Source of the DNA: an uncultured Acidobacteriota bacterium
Lineage (GTDB): Bacteria > Acidobacteriota > Terriglobia > UBA7540
Length of the DNA: 64,000 nt
Direction: 5' to 3'
Assembly: GCA_963804995.1 (NCBI GenBank)
Contig: CAWDSK010000005.1
Coordinates: 864,001 to 928,000, forward strand
Shown: in pieces, positions 8,994-18,822 of the stretch
How the letters are laid out: every line of letters begins with the position of its first letter
Position numbering within the stretch: the stretch's first letter is position 1
Notes under the pieces: generated by a model
Told to the model about the DNA's origin: nothing
The model's database searches: none
What the model saw: the letters and a program-made list of their open reading frames with translations, nothing else
Translations under genes and position numbers: made by a program

Positions 8994-9914
8994 ATGGAGG
9001 TATCGCATCCCACTAATCGGCAGGTGACACTGCTGTTGAGCGTGTTTGTGTGTCTGGCCATGACGGCACACGCACGATCGCGAGAAACGGCATTACCCAA
9101 CGGTGTTTGCGGTGATCCTAACCACGTGGCGGAAGCTCGCCTGTTGGGTCGCACCATGGTGCAGCAGGCTCTTTCTGCCGGAATGCCCTGGGCCGACAAT
9201 GCCTTGAACGAATACGTTAACCGCTTAGGACAGAATCTGGCGCGGAGCAGCGGCAGCCAGGAGGTTTTCACCTTCTACGTTCTCTACAATCCGAAAGTCA
9301 ACGCCCAGGCGTATCCGGGAGGGTTCGTGGTGGTCAATTCCGGGGTAATCAGTATCGCCGGAAGCGAGGGTGAACTGGCTTCCGTCCTTTCCCATGAAAT
9401 CGGGCATATCAACGCCTGCCATTGGCAATCCACAGCTCGGAGGATCAATCTCTTGGAGTTGCTCCCACTGATTCCCGCCGTTGCTTTGTGGGGGCCGGTG
9501 GGGGTTATCCTCCTCTCAGGAAGCGGCCTGGCGATGCCGGTGACACAGGCTCGGTTCAACCGCTCGGCGGAAAGTCAAGCCGACCGCCTGGCGGTTTCGT
9601 ACCTCCAACGGGCAGGATATAACCCGAAGGCTGCAGTGAAGATGTTAGAGCGCCTGGAAGAGGAGGAATCGAGCCAGGGGGTGAAGTCCGGCGGGCTACT
9701 GGCTGGGCACCCCGCGGCAAGTGATCGGCGCAAGAAACTGGAAAAGATTCTCCCCGGCCTCCCTCCACCGGATTTCGTGCCCCACGACGAAGCGGAATTC
9801 CTTCAGATGCGGAAGCAGGTGCAAGACTACGACCTGGTTTATTCCCGCGCCGTAGGCGTGCGAGTGCCGGGACACGAGGCGCCCCCTCCCGAACTGTCCC
9901 GTCGACCGCAATAA
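8994..9914 (+). CDS. M48-family metallopeptidase
   Basis: NAQAYPGG, ELASVLSHEIGH (HExxH), ESQAD, GYNP, GHP motifs; signal peptide. Confidence 0.9.
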   Translation: MEVSHPTNRQVTLLLSVFVCLAMTAHARSRETALPNGVCGDPNHVAEARLLGRTMVQQALSAGMPWADNALNEYVNRLGQNLARSSGSQEVFTFYVLYNPKVNAQAYPGGFVVVNSGVISIAGSEGELASVLSHEIGHINACHWQSTARRINLLELLPLIPAVALWGPVGVILLSGSGLAMPVTQARFNRSAESQADRLAVSYLQRAGYNPKAAVKMLERLEEEESSQGVKSGGLLAGHPAASDRRKKLEKILPGLPPPDFVPHDEAEFLQMRKQVQDYDLVYSRAVGVRVPGHEAPPPELSRRPQ

Positions 9915-9993
9915 AATAGCTCAACCTGGGTCCCGGATTCATAAACTCAAACATTAACCCGCAGCGTGAACGTGCACGCCCGCGCGCGGCCCC

Positions 9994-10138
9994 CGGCTCG
10001 CCACTGTACATGAAAATGTGCGAAGCACCTTGGAGTGCGGCGGCTCGACGCCGCCTTGAATTTACGCCGAGGACGATGACGAAGGCGGCGTCGAGCCGCC
10101 GCACTCCAAGGTGCCTTTGGCACATTCATTTTCATAGC
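9994..10138. repeat. REPIN-like palindrome, family B, copy 2
   Basis: Same arms (10025-10114) and loop as copy 1, but flanks are reverse-complemented. Confidence 0.9.
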
Positions 10139-10389
10139 CGAGACGCTGAGACGCAGAGAAATGCCTCTTCGTTTTCAGACCTCTGCACCTTCGCGCCTCT
10201 GCGGTGAAAGTTATGCGGGGATTTTTTCACACCTTCTCCGGCTTTGCCGGAGGATAATTACTGCGCGTCTGAGCATTCTCTCCAAGAGACTTCCGTCGCG
10301 GTATCGCACCGCGACGTGATCCGGATGTTGCTGCACCCGCTTGGAGTTTCAGCACGCCTCGCCTACAATGTTCCCCTTCCAGGTGAACC

Positions 10390-11769
10390 ATGCTCGCTTT
10401 ACTTAAAGCCTCTCTCATTATTTGCTTGGTGGCGCTGAACGCCTTTTTTGTGGCGACCGAATACTCCCTGCTCAGTGTGCGCCGGACGCGCTTGGAAGAA
10501 CTCGCCAACGAGGGCAATCTCCGGGCGAAGCAGGTGCTCAATCTGCTTTCCGATATGGTCGCGCTCTTCTCCGGGACGCAACTGGGCGTCACGGTGGTCA
10601 GTCTGTTGATGGGCTGGATTGGCGAAGCCATCATGGCCGACGCCATCGAGAGTTCGCTGGAGGGATACCTTGGCCGTGTGGCGCGGGCCACGGTGGCGCA
10701 TTCCATTTCCGTAGGCATGGCTTTCCTGCTGATCACGGTCTTGTTGATGGTGCTGGGCGAGCTGGTTCCCAAGACGCTTGCTTACGATGGAGCGGAAAGG
10801 TTTTCGCTCCTGGTGGCGCGTCCCCTGCTGGTTTTCCTGCGACTGAGCCGCTATCCCGTCCGATTGCTGGACGGCCTGGCCAACGGCGTGCTTCGCTCCC
10901 TGCGCCACTCTCCCTCGCGAAGTCACGGTTCACTCCACACGGCGGAAGAAGTCAAACTGATTGTCTCCGGCATTCGCAAACGCGGGCTGCTGAATGAAGA
11001 GCAAGAGGAGATGATTCACAGCGTTTTCGACCTGGACCGGGTCCGGGTGCGTGAAATCATGGTGCCGTGGAATCGCATCACTTATCTGCCCGTGACGCCG
11101 GACCTCCAGGCGCTCCTTGACCGCGTAGTTAAGGACCAGCACTCCCGGATTCCCATTTACGAGGGCTTGCCCGATCAGATCATCGGCGTCCTTTACACCA
11201 AAGACCTTCTGACAGTGCTTTTGGAAAGGGAGCGGGTGGGGACGCCGGGAACGGTGCCCTTCGACCTGCGCGCCATCCTGCACCAGCCCATGATTGTTCC
11301 AGAAGCGATGTCATTGACGCAAATGCTGAAGGAAGCCCGCCGCCGGCACTCGCAGATGGCGCTGGTCGTAGATGAGTTCGGTACCTTCGTGGGTTTGGTG
11401 ACAATCGAGGACGTCCTGGAGCAAATTGTGGGTGAGATCCAGGATGAATACGACCGCGAAGAAGTGGCCATCCGCAAAGTTGGAGAAAACGTGCTGGTGG
11501 TTGATGCCTCCATGAGCTTGCGGGACCTGGCGGGTGAGCGCGAGATCGTGTTGCCGCGTGGGGCGGGGTACGAAACACTGGCGGGATTTGTATTGGCGCG
11601 TCTGGGAACAATCCCCAAGGGCGGAGAAAGCTTCGTGTTTGAATCCCGCCGCTACTCAGTAGTGGAGATGGAGGGTCACCGGGTGTCCAAGGTCCGTATT
11701 GAGACGTTGCCCCAGACCGTAACCCCCGCCGTCCAAACCCCGGAGCCCTCAGGTCGGGCGAAACCTTAG
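10390..11769 (+). CDS. HlyC/CorC (CNNM-CBS-CorC) family membrane protein
   Basis: NAFFVATEY, TQLGVT, GELVPK, HSRIPIY, VVDEFG..GLVTIEDVLEQIVGEIQDEYD. Confidence 0.93.
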   Translation: MLALLKASLIICLVALNAFFVATEYSLLSVRRTRLEELANEGNLRAKQVLNLLSDMVALFSGTQLGVTVVSLLMGWIGEAIMADAIESSLEGYLGRVARATVAHSISVGMAFLLITVLLMVLGELVPKTLAYDGAERFSLLVARPLLVFLRLSRYPVRLLDGLANGVLRSLRHSPSRSHGSLHTAEEVKLIVSGIRKRGLLNEEQEEMIHSVFDLDRVRVREIMVPWNRITYLPVTPDLQALLDRVVKDQHSRIPIYEGLPDQIIGVLYTKDLLTVLLERERVGTPGTVPFDLRAILHQPMIVPEAMSLTQMLKEARRRHSQMALVVDEFGTFVGLVTIEDVLEQIVGEIQDEYDREEVAIRKVGENVLVVDASMSLRDLAGEREIVLPRGAGYETLAGFVLARLGTIPKGGESFVFESRRYSVVEMEGHRVSKVRIETLPQTVTPAVQTPEPSGRAKP

Positions 11770-12881
11770 CGAAACGCCTCCTTGTTGACCACGTACGGCA
11801 TTTGCGCGGGATTAGCCCCGTAGTCGCCATCCAGCACATCGATAAGGCCTTGAATGCAGCGGCCGGCCATGCCCTTGTTGGGGTCGGTGGATAGCCGCGT
11901 CACGCGGCCGGCGCTCGCGAAATGGGAAAGCAAGCGCAGGCGGTTTTCGAGCGCGGGGTCGCGCAGCGGCGAATCGGCAGGCAGAGGCTCTTTCTCGAAG
12001 ACGTCAAGCGCGGCGCCACCGATGACACCGGCCTTGAGTGCCGCGGCCAAAGCCTGTTCATCCACCACGGGCCCGCGCGAAGTATTGACAAGGTATGCTG
12101 TGGGCTTCATAAGCCTGAATGTCGCCTCATTGAACAGATGGTAAGTTGGGACCGGACCTTCCCCTTCCCGGATCAGCGGCACGTGAACGCTCACATAGTC
12201 GCTGCCGGCGAGGACTTCCTCAAAACTTACAAAGCGGATGGTACGGCGCTCCGAGGTGAACCCGTGGCGCACGCGCGTGTCCATCACCTCCTGGACTTTG
12301 GCGACGAAGCCGGCGGGCTCAACACTGTCGTAGCAAAGGAAATCCACATCGAAGCCCACAGCCTTCTTGATAAACGCCTGGCCGATGCGCCCCGCGCCCA
12401 CTACACCGATGGTGCGTCCGGTAACCTCGTCGCCGAGGAAGGGCAGGTAGGGATGCCACGAGCCCCACTGCTTGTCGCGCACCAAGCGCTCGCTGGGCCA
12501 GAGGCGGCGCGCCGCGCAGCCCAGAATGAAAAGCGCAAACTCCGCCGTGGCTTCCGTAAGCACGTCCGCGGTATTGGTAAAGGGAATCTTGAAGCGATTG
12601 GCGTCGGCGCGATTGATGTTATCGAACCCCACGGCATATTGCGCCACGACCTTCAACGTGTTCGCACCCGCTCCAAATACCTCCGCGTCAATGCGGTCGC
12701 GAAGCGTGGTAATGAGGCCGTCAATACCGGAGCGGACTTTCTCGATGATCAAACTCTTCGGCGGTGGCTCGGGGTCGGGATAAACCTCCACGTTGTAGCC
12801 GTGCGCGTGCAGGATTTTGAATGCGCCCTCGCCGATGTCGCAGGTGGCGTAGACGCGGATGGGACGCTTGGTTTCGGTCAT
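11766..12881 (-). CDS. D-2-hydroxyacid dehydrogenase (glyoxylate reductase/D-glycerate dehydrogenase-like)
   Basis: AVGFDNI, LTEATAE, GAGRIG, VNTSRGPVVDE, ALDVFEKEP, SHFASA. Confidence 0.9.
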   Translation of the reverse strand: MTETKRPIRVYATCDIGEGAFKILHAHGYNVEVYPDPEPPPKSLIIEKVRSGIDGLITTLRDRIDAEVFGAGANTLKVVAQYAVGFDNINRADANRFKIPFTNTADVLTEATAEFALFILGCAARRLWPSERLVRDKQWGSWHPYLPFLGDEVTGRTIGVVGAGRIGQAFIKKAVGFDVDFLCYDSVEPAGFVAKVQEVMDTRVRHGFTSERRTIRFVSFEEVLAGSDYVSVHVPLIREGEGPVPTYHLFNEATFRLMKPTAYLVNTSRGPVVDEQALAAALKAGVIGGAALDVFEKEPLPADSPLRDPALENRLRLLSHFASAGRVTRLSTDPNKGMAGRCIQGLIDVLDGDYGANPAQMPYVVNKEAFR

Positions 12882-13024
12882 AGTTGTTTTCCTGGTTGAC
12901 CCGTGTGTGTGATGACTAAGAGGATTCAGGATTTAGCGACCCTTACCTACCTCCGAGTGGCGTGATGCTCTCCGTCTTTACTCTTATCTCAAAATAGGAA
13001 ATCCTAAATCCTAACCCCTAATAC

Positions 13025-14215
13025 CTAACTCCTGTTCTTCCCCACCCACGCCCGAATCCGCTCCAGCGCCTTCTGCAAATTCTCCACGGAATTTGCAAAC
13101 GAGAAGCGCAAGTAGCCTTCACCCCACTCGCCGAAGCCTGGCCCCGCGAGGCAAGCGACTCCTGCCTCATTGAGCAGCGCATCGGCCAGAGCGCGTGAGG
13201 TGCGCCCGGTGCCGCGGATATTTGGGAAGGCGTAAAACGCTCCGTGCGGCTGGCGGCAACTGAAGCCAGGGATGCTGTTGAGCCCCTCAACGATCACCGC
13301 CCGGCGGCGCCTGAACTCCTCACGCATGCGGTCTACCGAATCCTGCGGACCGCGTAGCGCCTCAACCGCAGCGATCTGGCTGAAGCTTGAGGTGCAGGAA
13401 TTTGAATTCGTCATCAGCAGCGCAATTTGCCGCGCGAGGTCAGCTCGCATCACCCCATATCCCAGCCGCCAGCCGGTCATGGCGTAGGTTTTCGAAAAGC
13501 CATTCAGGATAATCGTCCAATCCTTCAGGCCGGGGAACTGGGCGATACTTGTGTGTTCGCCTTCGTAGATGAGCCGATTGTAAATTTCGTCAGAGAGGAC
13601 AAAGATCTCGCGCCCGGCCAGGGCCCGCGCCAAGCGACCCATCTCCGCCGCGCTCATCACGCCACCCGTGGGGTTTTGCGGGCTGTTTACAATCAGCAAG
13701 CGCGTGCGGCTGGTTATCTTTTCCAGGATCTCGTCCACGTTCACGTCGAAGTCGCGGTCCTCACGCAGGCCGTAGGGCACAGCCTTACCACCCACAAACC
13801 GGATCATGGATTCGTAAATCGGGAAGCCGGGGTTGGGGTAAAGCACTTCGTCGCCAGGTTCGACCAGCGCCAGGATCGCAAAAAACATGATGGGCTTACC
13901 ACCCGGTGTGATCACCACTTCCGCCGGATCGACCTCGATGCCCAGCCGATGGGCAGTTTCGTCGGCCACGGCTTCGCGAAGCTGCGGAAGCCCAGCGGGT
14001 GGGCCGTAGTGTGTCCAACCGTCCTGCATGGCGCGCACGCCGGCCTCCACGATGTTGGGGGGCGTGGAAAAATCCGGCTCACCGATTTCGAGGTGAATAA
14101 TCTCTTTGCCTTTGGCTTCCAGTTCCCGCGCCCGGACGAGGACCTCGAAGGCACTCTCCGTTCCCAGGAGCGACATGCGCTCGGCCAGCCGCAGCTTGCT
14201 TAAACCCGTGGTCAT
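13025..14215 (-). CDS. Class I PLP-dependent aminotransferase (aspartate aminotransferase-like)
   Basis: GEPDF, NSPQNPTG, SDEIY, GFSKTYAMTGWRLGY. Confidence 0.93.
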   Translation of the reverse strand: MTTGLSKLRLAERMSLLGTESAFEVLVRARELEAKGKEIIHLEIGEPDFSTPPNIVEAGVRAMQDGWTHYGPPAGLPQLREAVADETAHRLGIEVDPAEVVITPGGKPIMFFAILALVEPGDEVLYPNPGFPIYESMIRFVGGKAVPYGLREDRDFDVNVDEILEKITSRTRLLIVNSPQNPTGGVMSAAEMGRLARALAGREIFVLSDEIYNRLIYEGEHTSIAQFPGLKDWTIILNGFSKTYAMTGWRLGYGVMRADLARQIALLMTNSNSCTSSFSQIAAVEALRGPQDSVDRMREEFRRRRAVIVEGLNSIPGFSCRQPHGAFYAFPNIRGTGRTSRALADALLNEAGVACLAGPGFGEWGEGYLRFSFANSVENLQKALERIRAWVGKNRS

Positions 14216-14460
14216 TTATTGCCTCATGTGCCTTATTAATCAAAGCCCCATGAATTCTATGAGTCAGCCAGAATATCGCGTGGGTTGATTAATGTCTAGC
14301 CGGGTGAGCTTATCTGGGTGTTCTCTCCGCGCCAAACACCAGGGGGGGCGGAAGGGCGGGGCTAATGGTTTTTGAATCCCTAAACTGTAAATTCTTCTGA
14401 CACCCTGGGCATGCAAGTAACCCCTCATCCGACCTCCTCCGTCGGCCACCTTCTCCCCTG

Positions 14461-16165
14461 GAGCTTGTGACTTTTTTGGTCACCAGTAAGGGGGGATGGG
14501 TGGGGGGAGGAGGCAGAAAATCGGGAGCGGAGGTACGGAGAGAGAAAAAAGCTGGCGGTTGGGTCGGTACTTGTATTAATATAAATGTTATGGACAACGT
14601 TTTACATTCAGATGATTTTAAATTAGGAATGGAACCGGCGGTAGGTCAGGAAGCGGAAGGAAAGGAAGAGAAGGGCGCGAAGGGGGCAGCAGAGCGGCGC
14701 GGGGCGGTGCGTTTGCGCCGGCCGGAGCGCCAGCAGATGGCCTGGGTGGCGCAATGTCCGGACGATCTGGTGGGGCCGGGGCACGGGGTGCGGCGGGTGG
14801 CGGCGGTGGTGGAGCGCTTGGACTTAGCGGCGTTCCGCCTGCCGATCAAGGCGCGGGAAGGAGGGGCTGGACGGGACGCGACCGATCCCCAGCTTTTAGT
14901 GTCGCTGTGGTTATACGCCTGTGTGCGGGGCATCGGTGCGGCGCGCGAACTGGCGCGGCAGTGCCAGGAGCATGCGGCCTTTCGCTGGCTGTGCGGAGGG
15001 GTGACGGTGAACCACCGTTTGCTGTCGGACTTTCGCACCGATCACGCCGAGGCCTTGGACACCCTGTTCACGCAAGTGATCGCTGCTCTGGTGGATAAAG
15101 GAGTGGTGAAGGTCAGCCGCATCAGCCAGGACGGAATGCGGGTGCGGGTGGGGGCGGGGAAGAAGAGTTTTCGGCGGGAAAGGCGGCTGGAGGAACTGCT
15201 GGGGGAAGCGGAACGGCACGTGGCGGAGTTGAGACGGCAACTGGAGTCGCCGGAAGGAGCGGGGCTGAGCGCGCGGCAAGCGGCGGCGCGGAAGCGGGCG
15301 GCGCAGGAGCGGCAGAAACGCCTGCAGGAGGCGATTGCGCAACTGCCGGAGCTGCAACGCCGGCACACCGCAAGGGTAAAGCGGACGGGGGGAAAACGGG
15401 GCCAGGAGATTGCGGCGCAGCCTCCGCGGGTGAGCACGACGGATGCGGAAGCGCGCATCATGAAGATGCCCAACGGGGGCTACGACCCGGCGGTGAATGT
15501 GCAGTTGGCGGCGGACCCGGAGAGCCGCGCCATTGTGGGGGTGGAGGTGAGCGCGGAAGGTTCGGACTCGGGAGGACTGAGCGCGCCGCTGCGGGAACAG
15601 GTGGAACAGCGCACGGGCGGGAAGGTGGAAGAGCACTTGTTGGACGGCGGGTACCTGCGCAAGGAAGACTTGGAAGCGGCACACGCGCAGGGCGTGGCGC
15701 TGTTCATCCCGCCGCACACGGCGCAAAATCGTCAGAAGCGGGGGAAGGAACTGGAGCCCCAGAAGGGCGACAGCGAGGCCGTACGAGAGTGGAAGCAACG
15801 CATGAAAAGTGAGGAGGGAAAGAAAATCTATCAGCAGAGAGCGGCGACGAGTGAAACCGTCAACGCCGACTTGCGCACCTATCGCGGTTTGGGCCGCATC
15901 CTGGTGCGCGGGCTGGCCAAGGCACGCTGCGTGGCACTGTGGTGCGCCCTGGCTTACAACGTGATGCACTTCGCGCCCCTGTTGCTGGGCTAACCAAGCC
16001 CTGCCCAGCCGTACCGGGCACGGGTGTAGGGCGGATTCCCCCGGTACTCCTTGCCGCGCGGCACCGCTCCACCGGCCAAGGGGAGCCCTCTCGCGCACTT
16101 CCCAAGCTGCCCACTACCTGACCCGCCCCACCGCGTAACGGTGGCTTCGAAAAAGTCACAAGCTC
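14461..16165 (+). mobile_element. IS1182-family insertion sequence (1705 bp) inserted into a REP hairpin loop
   Basis: 16-bp TIRs GAGCTTGTGACTTTTT / AAAAAGTCACAAGCTC; CTG duplicated at 14458-14460 and 16166-16168; empty site CCTTCTCCC-CTG-GGGAGAAGG. Confidence 0.9.
14590..15993 (+). CDS. IS1182-family transposase
   Basis: DPQLLVSLWLY, FRWLCGG..VNHRLLSDFR, SQDG, STTDAEARIMK, LLDGGY, YQQRAATSE, LAYN; start uncertain (14590 or 14629). Confidence 0.92.
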   Translation: MDNVLHSDDFKLGMEPAVGQEAEGKEEKGAKGAAERRGAVRLRRPERQQMAWVAQCPDDLVGPGHGVRRVAAVVERLDLAAFRLPIKAREGGAGRDATDPQLLVSLWLYACVRGIGAARELARQCQEHAAFRWLCGGVTVNHRLLSDFRTDHAEALDTLFTQVIAALVDKGVVKVSRISQDGMRVRVGAGKKSFRRERRLEELLGEAERHVAELRRQLESPEGAGLSARQAAARKRAAQERQKRLQEAIAQLPELQRRHTARVKRTGGKRGQEIAAQPPRVSTTDAEARIMKMPNGGYDPAVNVQLAADPESRAIVGVEVSAEGSDSGGLSAPLREQVEQRTGGKVEEHLLDGGYLRKEDLEAAHAQGVALFIPPHTAQNRQKRGKELEPQKGDSEAVREWKQRMKSEEGKKIYQQRAATSETVNADLRTYRGLGRILVRGLAKARCVALWCALAYNVMHFAPLLLG

Positions 16166-16213
16166 CTGGGGAGAAGGCTATTATCTAAAGTGGTTACGTC
16201 ACCTTGAGCGATC

Positions 16214-16284
16214 GCCCTCTCCGAGGGGAGAGGGTGGACCGCATCCGGCGTCTTCATCAGCCGGGGCGGGACGGGTGAGGGGTC
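16214..16284. repeat. REP-like repeat family A
   Basis: Matches 472-548. Confidence 0.8.
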
Positions 16285-16361
16285 ACACGCGGGTTGGGGG
16301 CGTTTGAGAATTCCAGGAATTGAGAATCCTTTAGCCCCGCCCTTCCAAACTCGGGGCAAGT

Positions 16362-17555
16362 CTAGGGCTTTCCATTCTCCTGCAACCGACCATACTTCTT
16401 GAGCGCCTCACGCAGGCCGTCGTGGGGCAGCGCGACCACCGTGTGGTTATCCGCGCCGGTCATGGTCTCCGCTGCCACCAGCGCATTGACGATGGCTTCT
16501 TCCGTGGCCTCGACCGTAGCCGAGAAGATGGGGTTCATCTCGTCGTTTGCAAGCATCTCCACTTGAGCGAGGCCTTTCAGCTTGGCCGCTTCCGGATTGG
16601 CCGTCGAGAAGGCCATGAAGATGTCGCCTGAGCCGTTGCCGGAGGTGCTGCCGGTCCGCGCCAGGCCGAGCGAGGCGCGCCGTGCCAGGCGCTTCAGTTG
16701 ATGGGGAAGCAGCGGCGCATCCGTGGCTACCACAATAATGATGGAGCCGCGCTCTTCCTCCGCCACTGAGCCGGCCTTACCCCATACCCTCGGGGCTGTG
16801 ATTTCCGGTCCCACCGGCACACCTGCAATCCGCAGTTGATCGTGTCTGCCGCAGTTGCATTGGACCAGGACTCCCACCGTGTAGCCCGCGCCCGCCGCCG
16901 TGATCTGGCGCGAAGCTGTTCCAATGCCGCCTTTGAACTCGTAGCAAATCATCCCTGTGCCGCCGCCCACATTGCCTTCCGCCACTGGGCCCGCGCGCGC
17001 GCTATCGAGTGCGTGGAAAGCGTCCTGCGGCGTGACATGGAATCCATTTGTGTCGTTCAGATATCCGTCGTAGGTTTCGGCTACCATGGGGAGCGTCCAC
17101 CAATAATTGGTATTTTCCGGAGGTGCCAGATTCACGCGCCATTTGATCACCGCATCGCGCACCACTCCCACACTGTGCGTGTTGGTAATCATTACCGGCC
17201 CCTGGAGCGTGCCGGATTCATCCACCCAGGTCGTCCCCGTCATCTCGCCGTAACCGTTCAAGGAAAACCACCCGGCGAAAACCTGGCTGGCTGGAGATTT
17301 GCCGCGCGGCAGGATGGCCGTGACACCTGTACGCACTGGCCCTTGCCCAACCACCAGCTTGCCCGAACCTGAGATCAGGGTCATGTGGCCGACTTCCACT
17401 CCCTTCACGTCGGTGATGGCATCCAGCGGGCCCGGGACGCCATCGAAGGGCACTCCGAGGTCACGCGCGCGGGGCTTGGCCTGCGTCCAGCCGACGAGAT
17501 GAAAAATGGCCACGAAAACTGCTGCAAAAACTCCGTGGAACCAATGGGCCCTCAT
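16362..17555 (-). CDS. DmpA-like aminopeptidase (peptidase S58/P1 family), exported
   Basis: RARDLG, ITDVKGVEVGH, EGNVGGGTGM, FKGGIGTASR, G/SIII cleavage site, NGSGD. Confidence 0.93.
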   Translation of the reverse strand: MRAHWFHGVFAAVFVAIFHLVGWTQAKPRARDLGVPFDGVPGPLDAITDVKGVEVGHMTLISGSGKLVVGQGPVRTGVTAILPRGKSPASQVFAGWFSLNGYGEMTGTTWVDESGTLQGPVMITNTHSVGVVRDAVIKWRVNLAPPENTNYWWTLPMVAETYDGYLNDTNGFHVTPQDAFHALDSARAGPVAEGNVGGGTGMICYEFKGGIGTASRQITAAGAGYTVGVLVQCNCGRHDQLRIAGVPVGPEITAPRVWGKAGSVAEEERGSIIIVVATDAPLLPHQLKRLARRASLGLARTGSTSGNGSGDIFMAFSTANPEAAKLKGLAQVEMLANDEMNPIFSATVEATEEAIVNALVAAETMTGADNHTVVALPHDGLREALKKYGRLQENGKP

Positions 17556-17698
17556 GTTGCCTCCTTTGTGAAGGGTTGAGATGCGGCAGAAGATAGTCTA
17601 TGCCGGCCATGGTATGGGCATGGTCAGCTTCAAGCCGGGAGAAGAACCGTGTGGAGCAAATGGTCGCTACGCGTAGTCCCCTTGGCCTCGTTGGATGT

Positions 17699-17733
17699 AA
17701 CCGCAAACCGGGTATTCCCGGTTTGCGGTTTTT
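17699..17733. terminator. Probable intrinsic terminator hairpin downstream of the GYD gene
   Basis: AACCGCAAACCGGG-TATT-CCCGGTTTGCGGTT perfect 14-bp stem. Confidence 0.55.
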
Positions 17734-17753
17734 CCCGGCATGGGGGTTACCTT

Positions 17754-18095
17754 CTAACGCTTTTTAGATGTTCCCTTGGGCGGGGCATATCCTGTGCTGG
17801 TAGCTTTCTTCAAGGCTGCCATAGCCTCTTCGGTGGAAAGCAGCGGAGTTGTTTTGACAGATTTGCACGCGCCCCCGGCAGCAACTGCCATGGAAAATGC
17901 CGCCGCGCTGACGTTATCCGGCAATTGCATTATCGCCACCGTATCGTAATCCCCGAATGACAACCAGCCCCCCTCAACACTCCCGCCTAGAGTTTGGACG
18001 ACTTTGGAAACGACGCTGATCCGATCCTGGGGGTTTTTGATCATGGCCCCCCAGGCTTCGGACGTGTATGCGACCTGCAACAGATAGTGAGCCAT
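17754..18095 (-). CDS. GYD domain protein
   Basis: YLLQVAYT, LGGSVEGGWLSFGDYD, KTTPLL; GGAGGAG RBS. Confidence 0.85.
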   Translation of the reverse strand: MAHYLLQVAYTSEAWGAMIKNPQDRISVVSKVVQTLGGSVEGGWLSFGDYDTVAIMQLPDNVSAAAFSMAVAAGGACKSVKTTPLLSTEEAMAALKKATSTGYAPPKGTSKKR

Positions 18096-18268
18096 CGCAG
18101 TCTCCTCCATTTGAGTTGTCGATTTGAACTTCCCAGTAGAACTGCACTATACACTCGGGCATTTTCATATGCAATGCCTGGGCAGTGCAGCGTGACCGCA
18201 ACCAAAACGTGCCACGGCCAACCTGCCCCGATGCATCGGGGTCCTGGCCGTGTCGGTCACGGGCGGGA

Positions 18269-18396
18269 GAAGGTGTGAAAAAATCGTCTAAACCTCCTTA
18301 CCGCAGAGACGCTGAGGCGCAGAGGAATGAAAATAAAGGTCCTTTTCTCTGCGTCTCAGCGCGTCCGCGGTAAAAATACTATTTCTTCACACCTTC
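18269..18396. mobile_element. 128-bp MITE inserted in the loop of a REP hairpin
   Basis: TIRs GAAGGTGTGAA / TTCACACCTTC; GGA duplicated on both sides; empty site CACGGGCG-GGA-CGCCCGTG; related partial copy at about 10138-10238. Confidence 0.8.
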
Positions 18397-18822
18397 GGAC
18401 GCCCGTGCCACAACGCAGGGGCCAGCGGCGCTGGCCCGGGACACCCCCCAGGTGAGAATCAAAGTGGAAATAACGCGATGAGTGAAATTCTTCGCACCTG
18501 GCATTCACGTCCGCACCCCTCATTTCAGATTTATGCTAACGCCGACCTAATAATCCCTGGTAGGTGTGACCCTTGTCATGTTTTTGGCAAACCGGCATCA
18601 AGGTAATAAAAATGTAATCGGCATAGGATTTCGACATGGAGTGTTTTGGGTCCGTTAGACATTTGAGGCTTTAGGGGATGCGGTCTGACTGTGTCCTGAG
18701 GGATTGTAAATTTAAGCCAAGCTTCCGATTAGCGTTGCAGTTTGCTTAATTTCTGATGCAAGCAGCGATTTGCAACAATGACACGCCAACCGCCCCCCGC
18801 AAGCTTCGAGGGAGGGTTTGAA

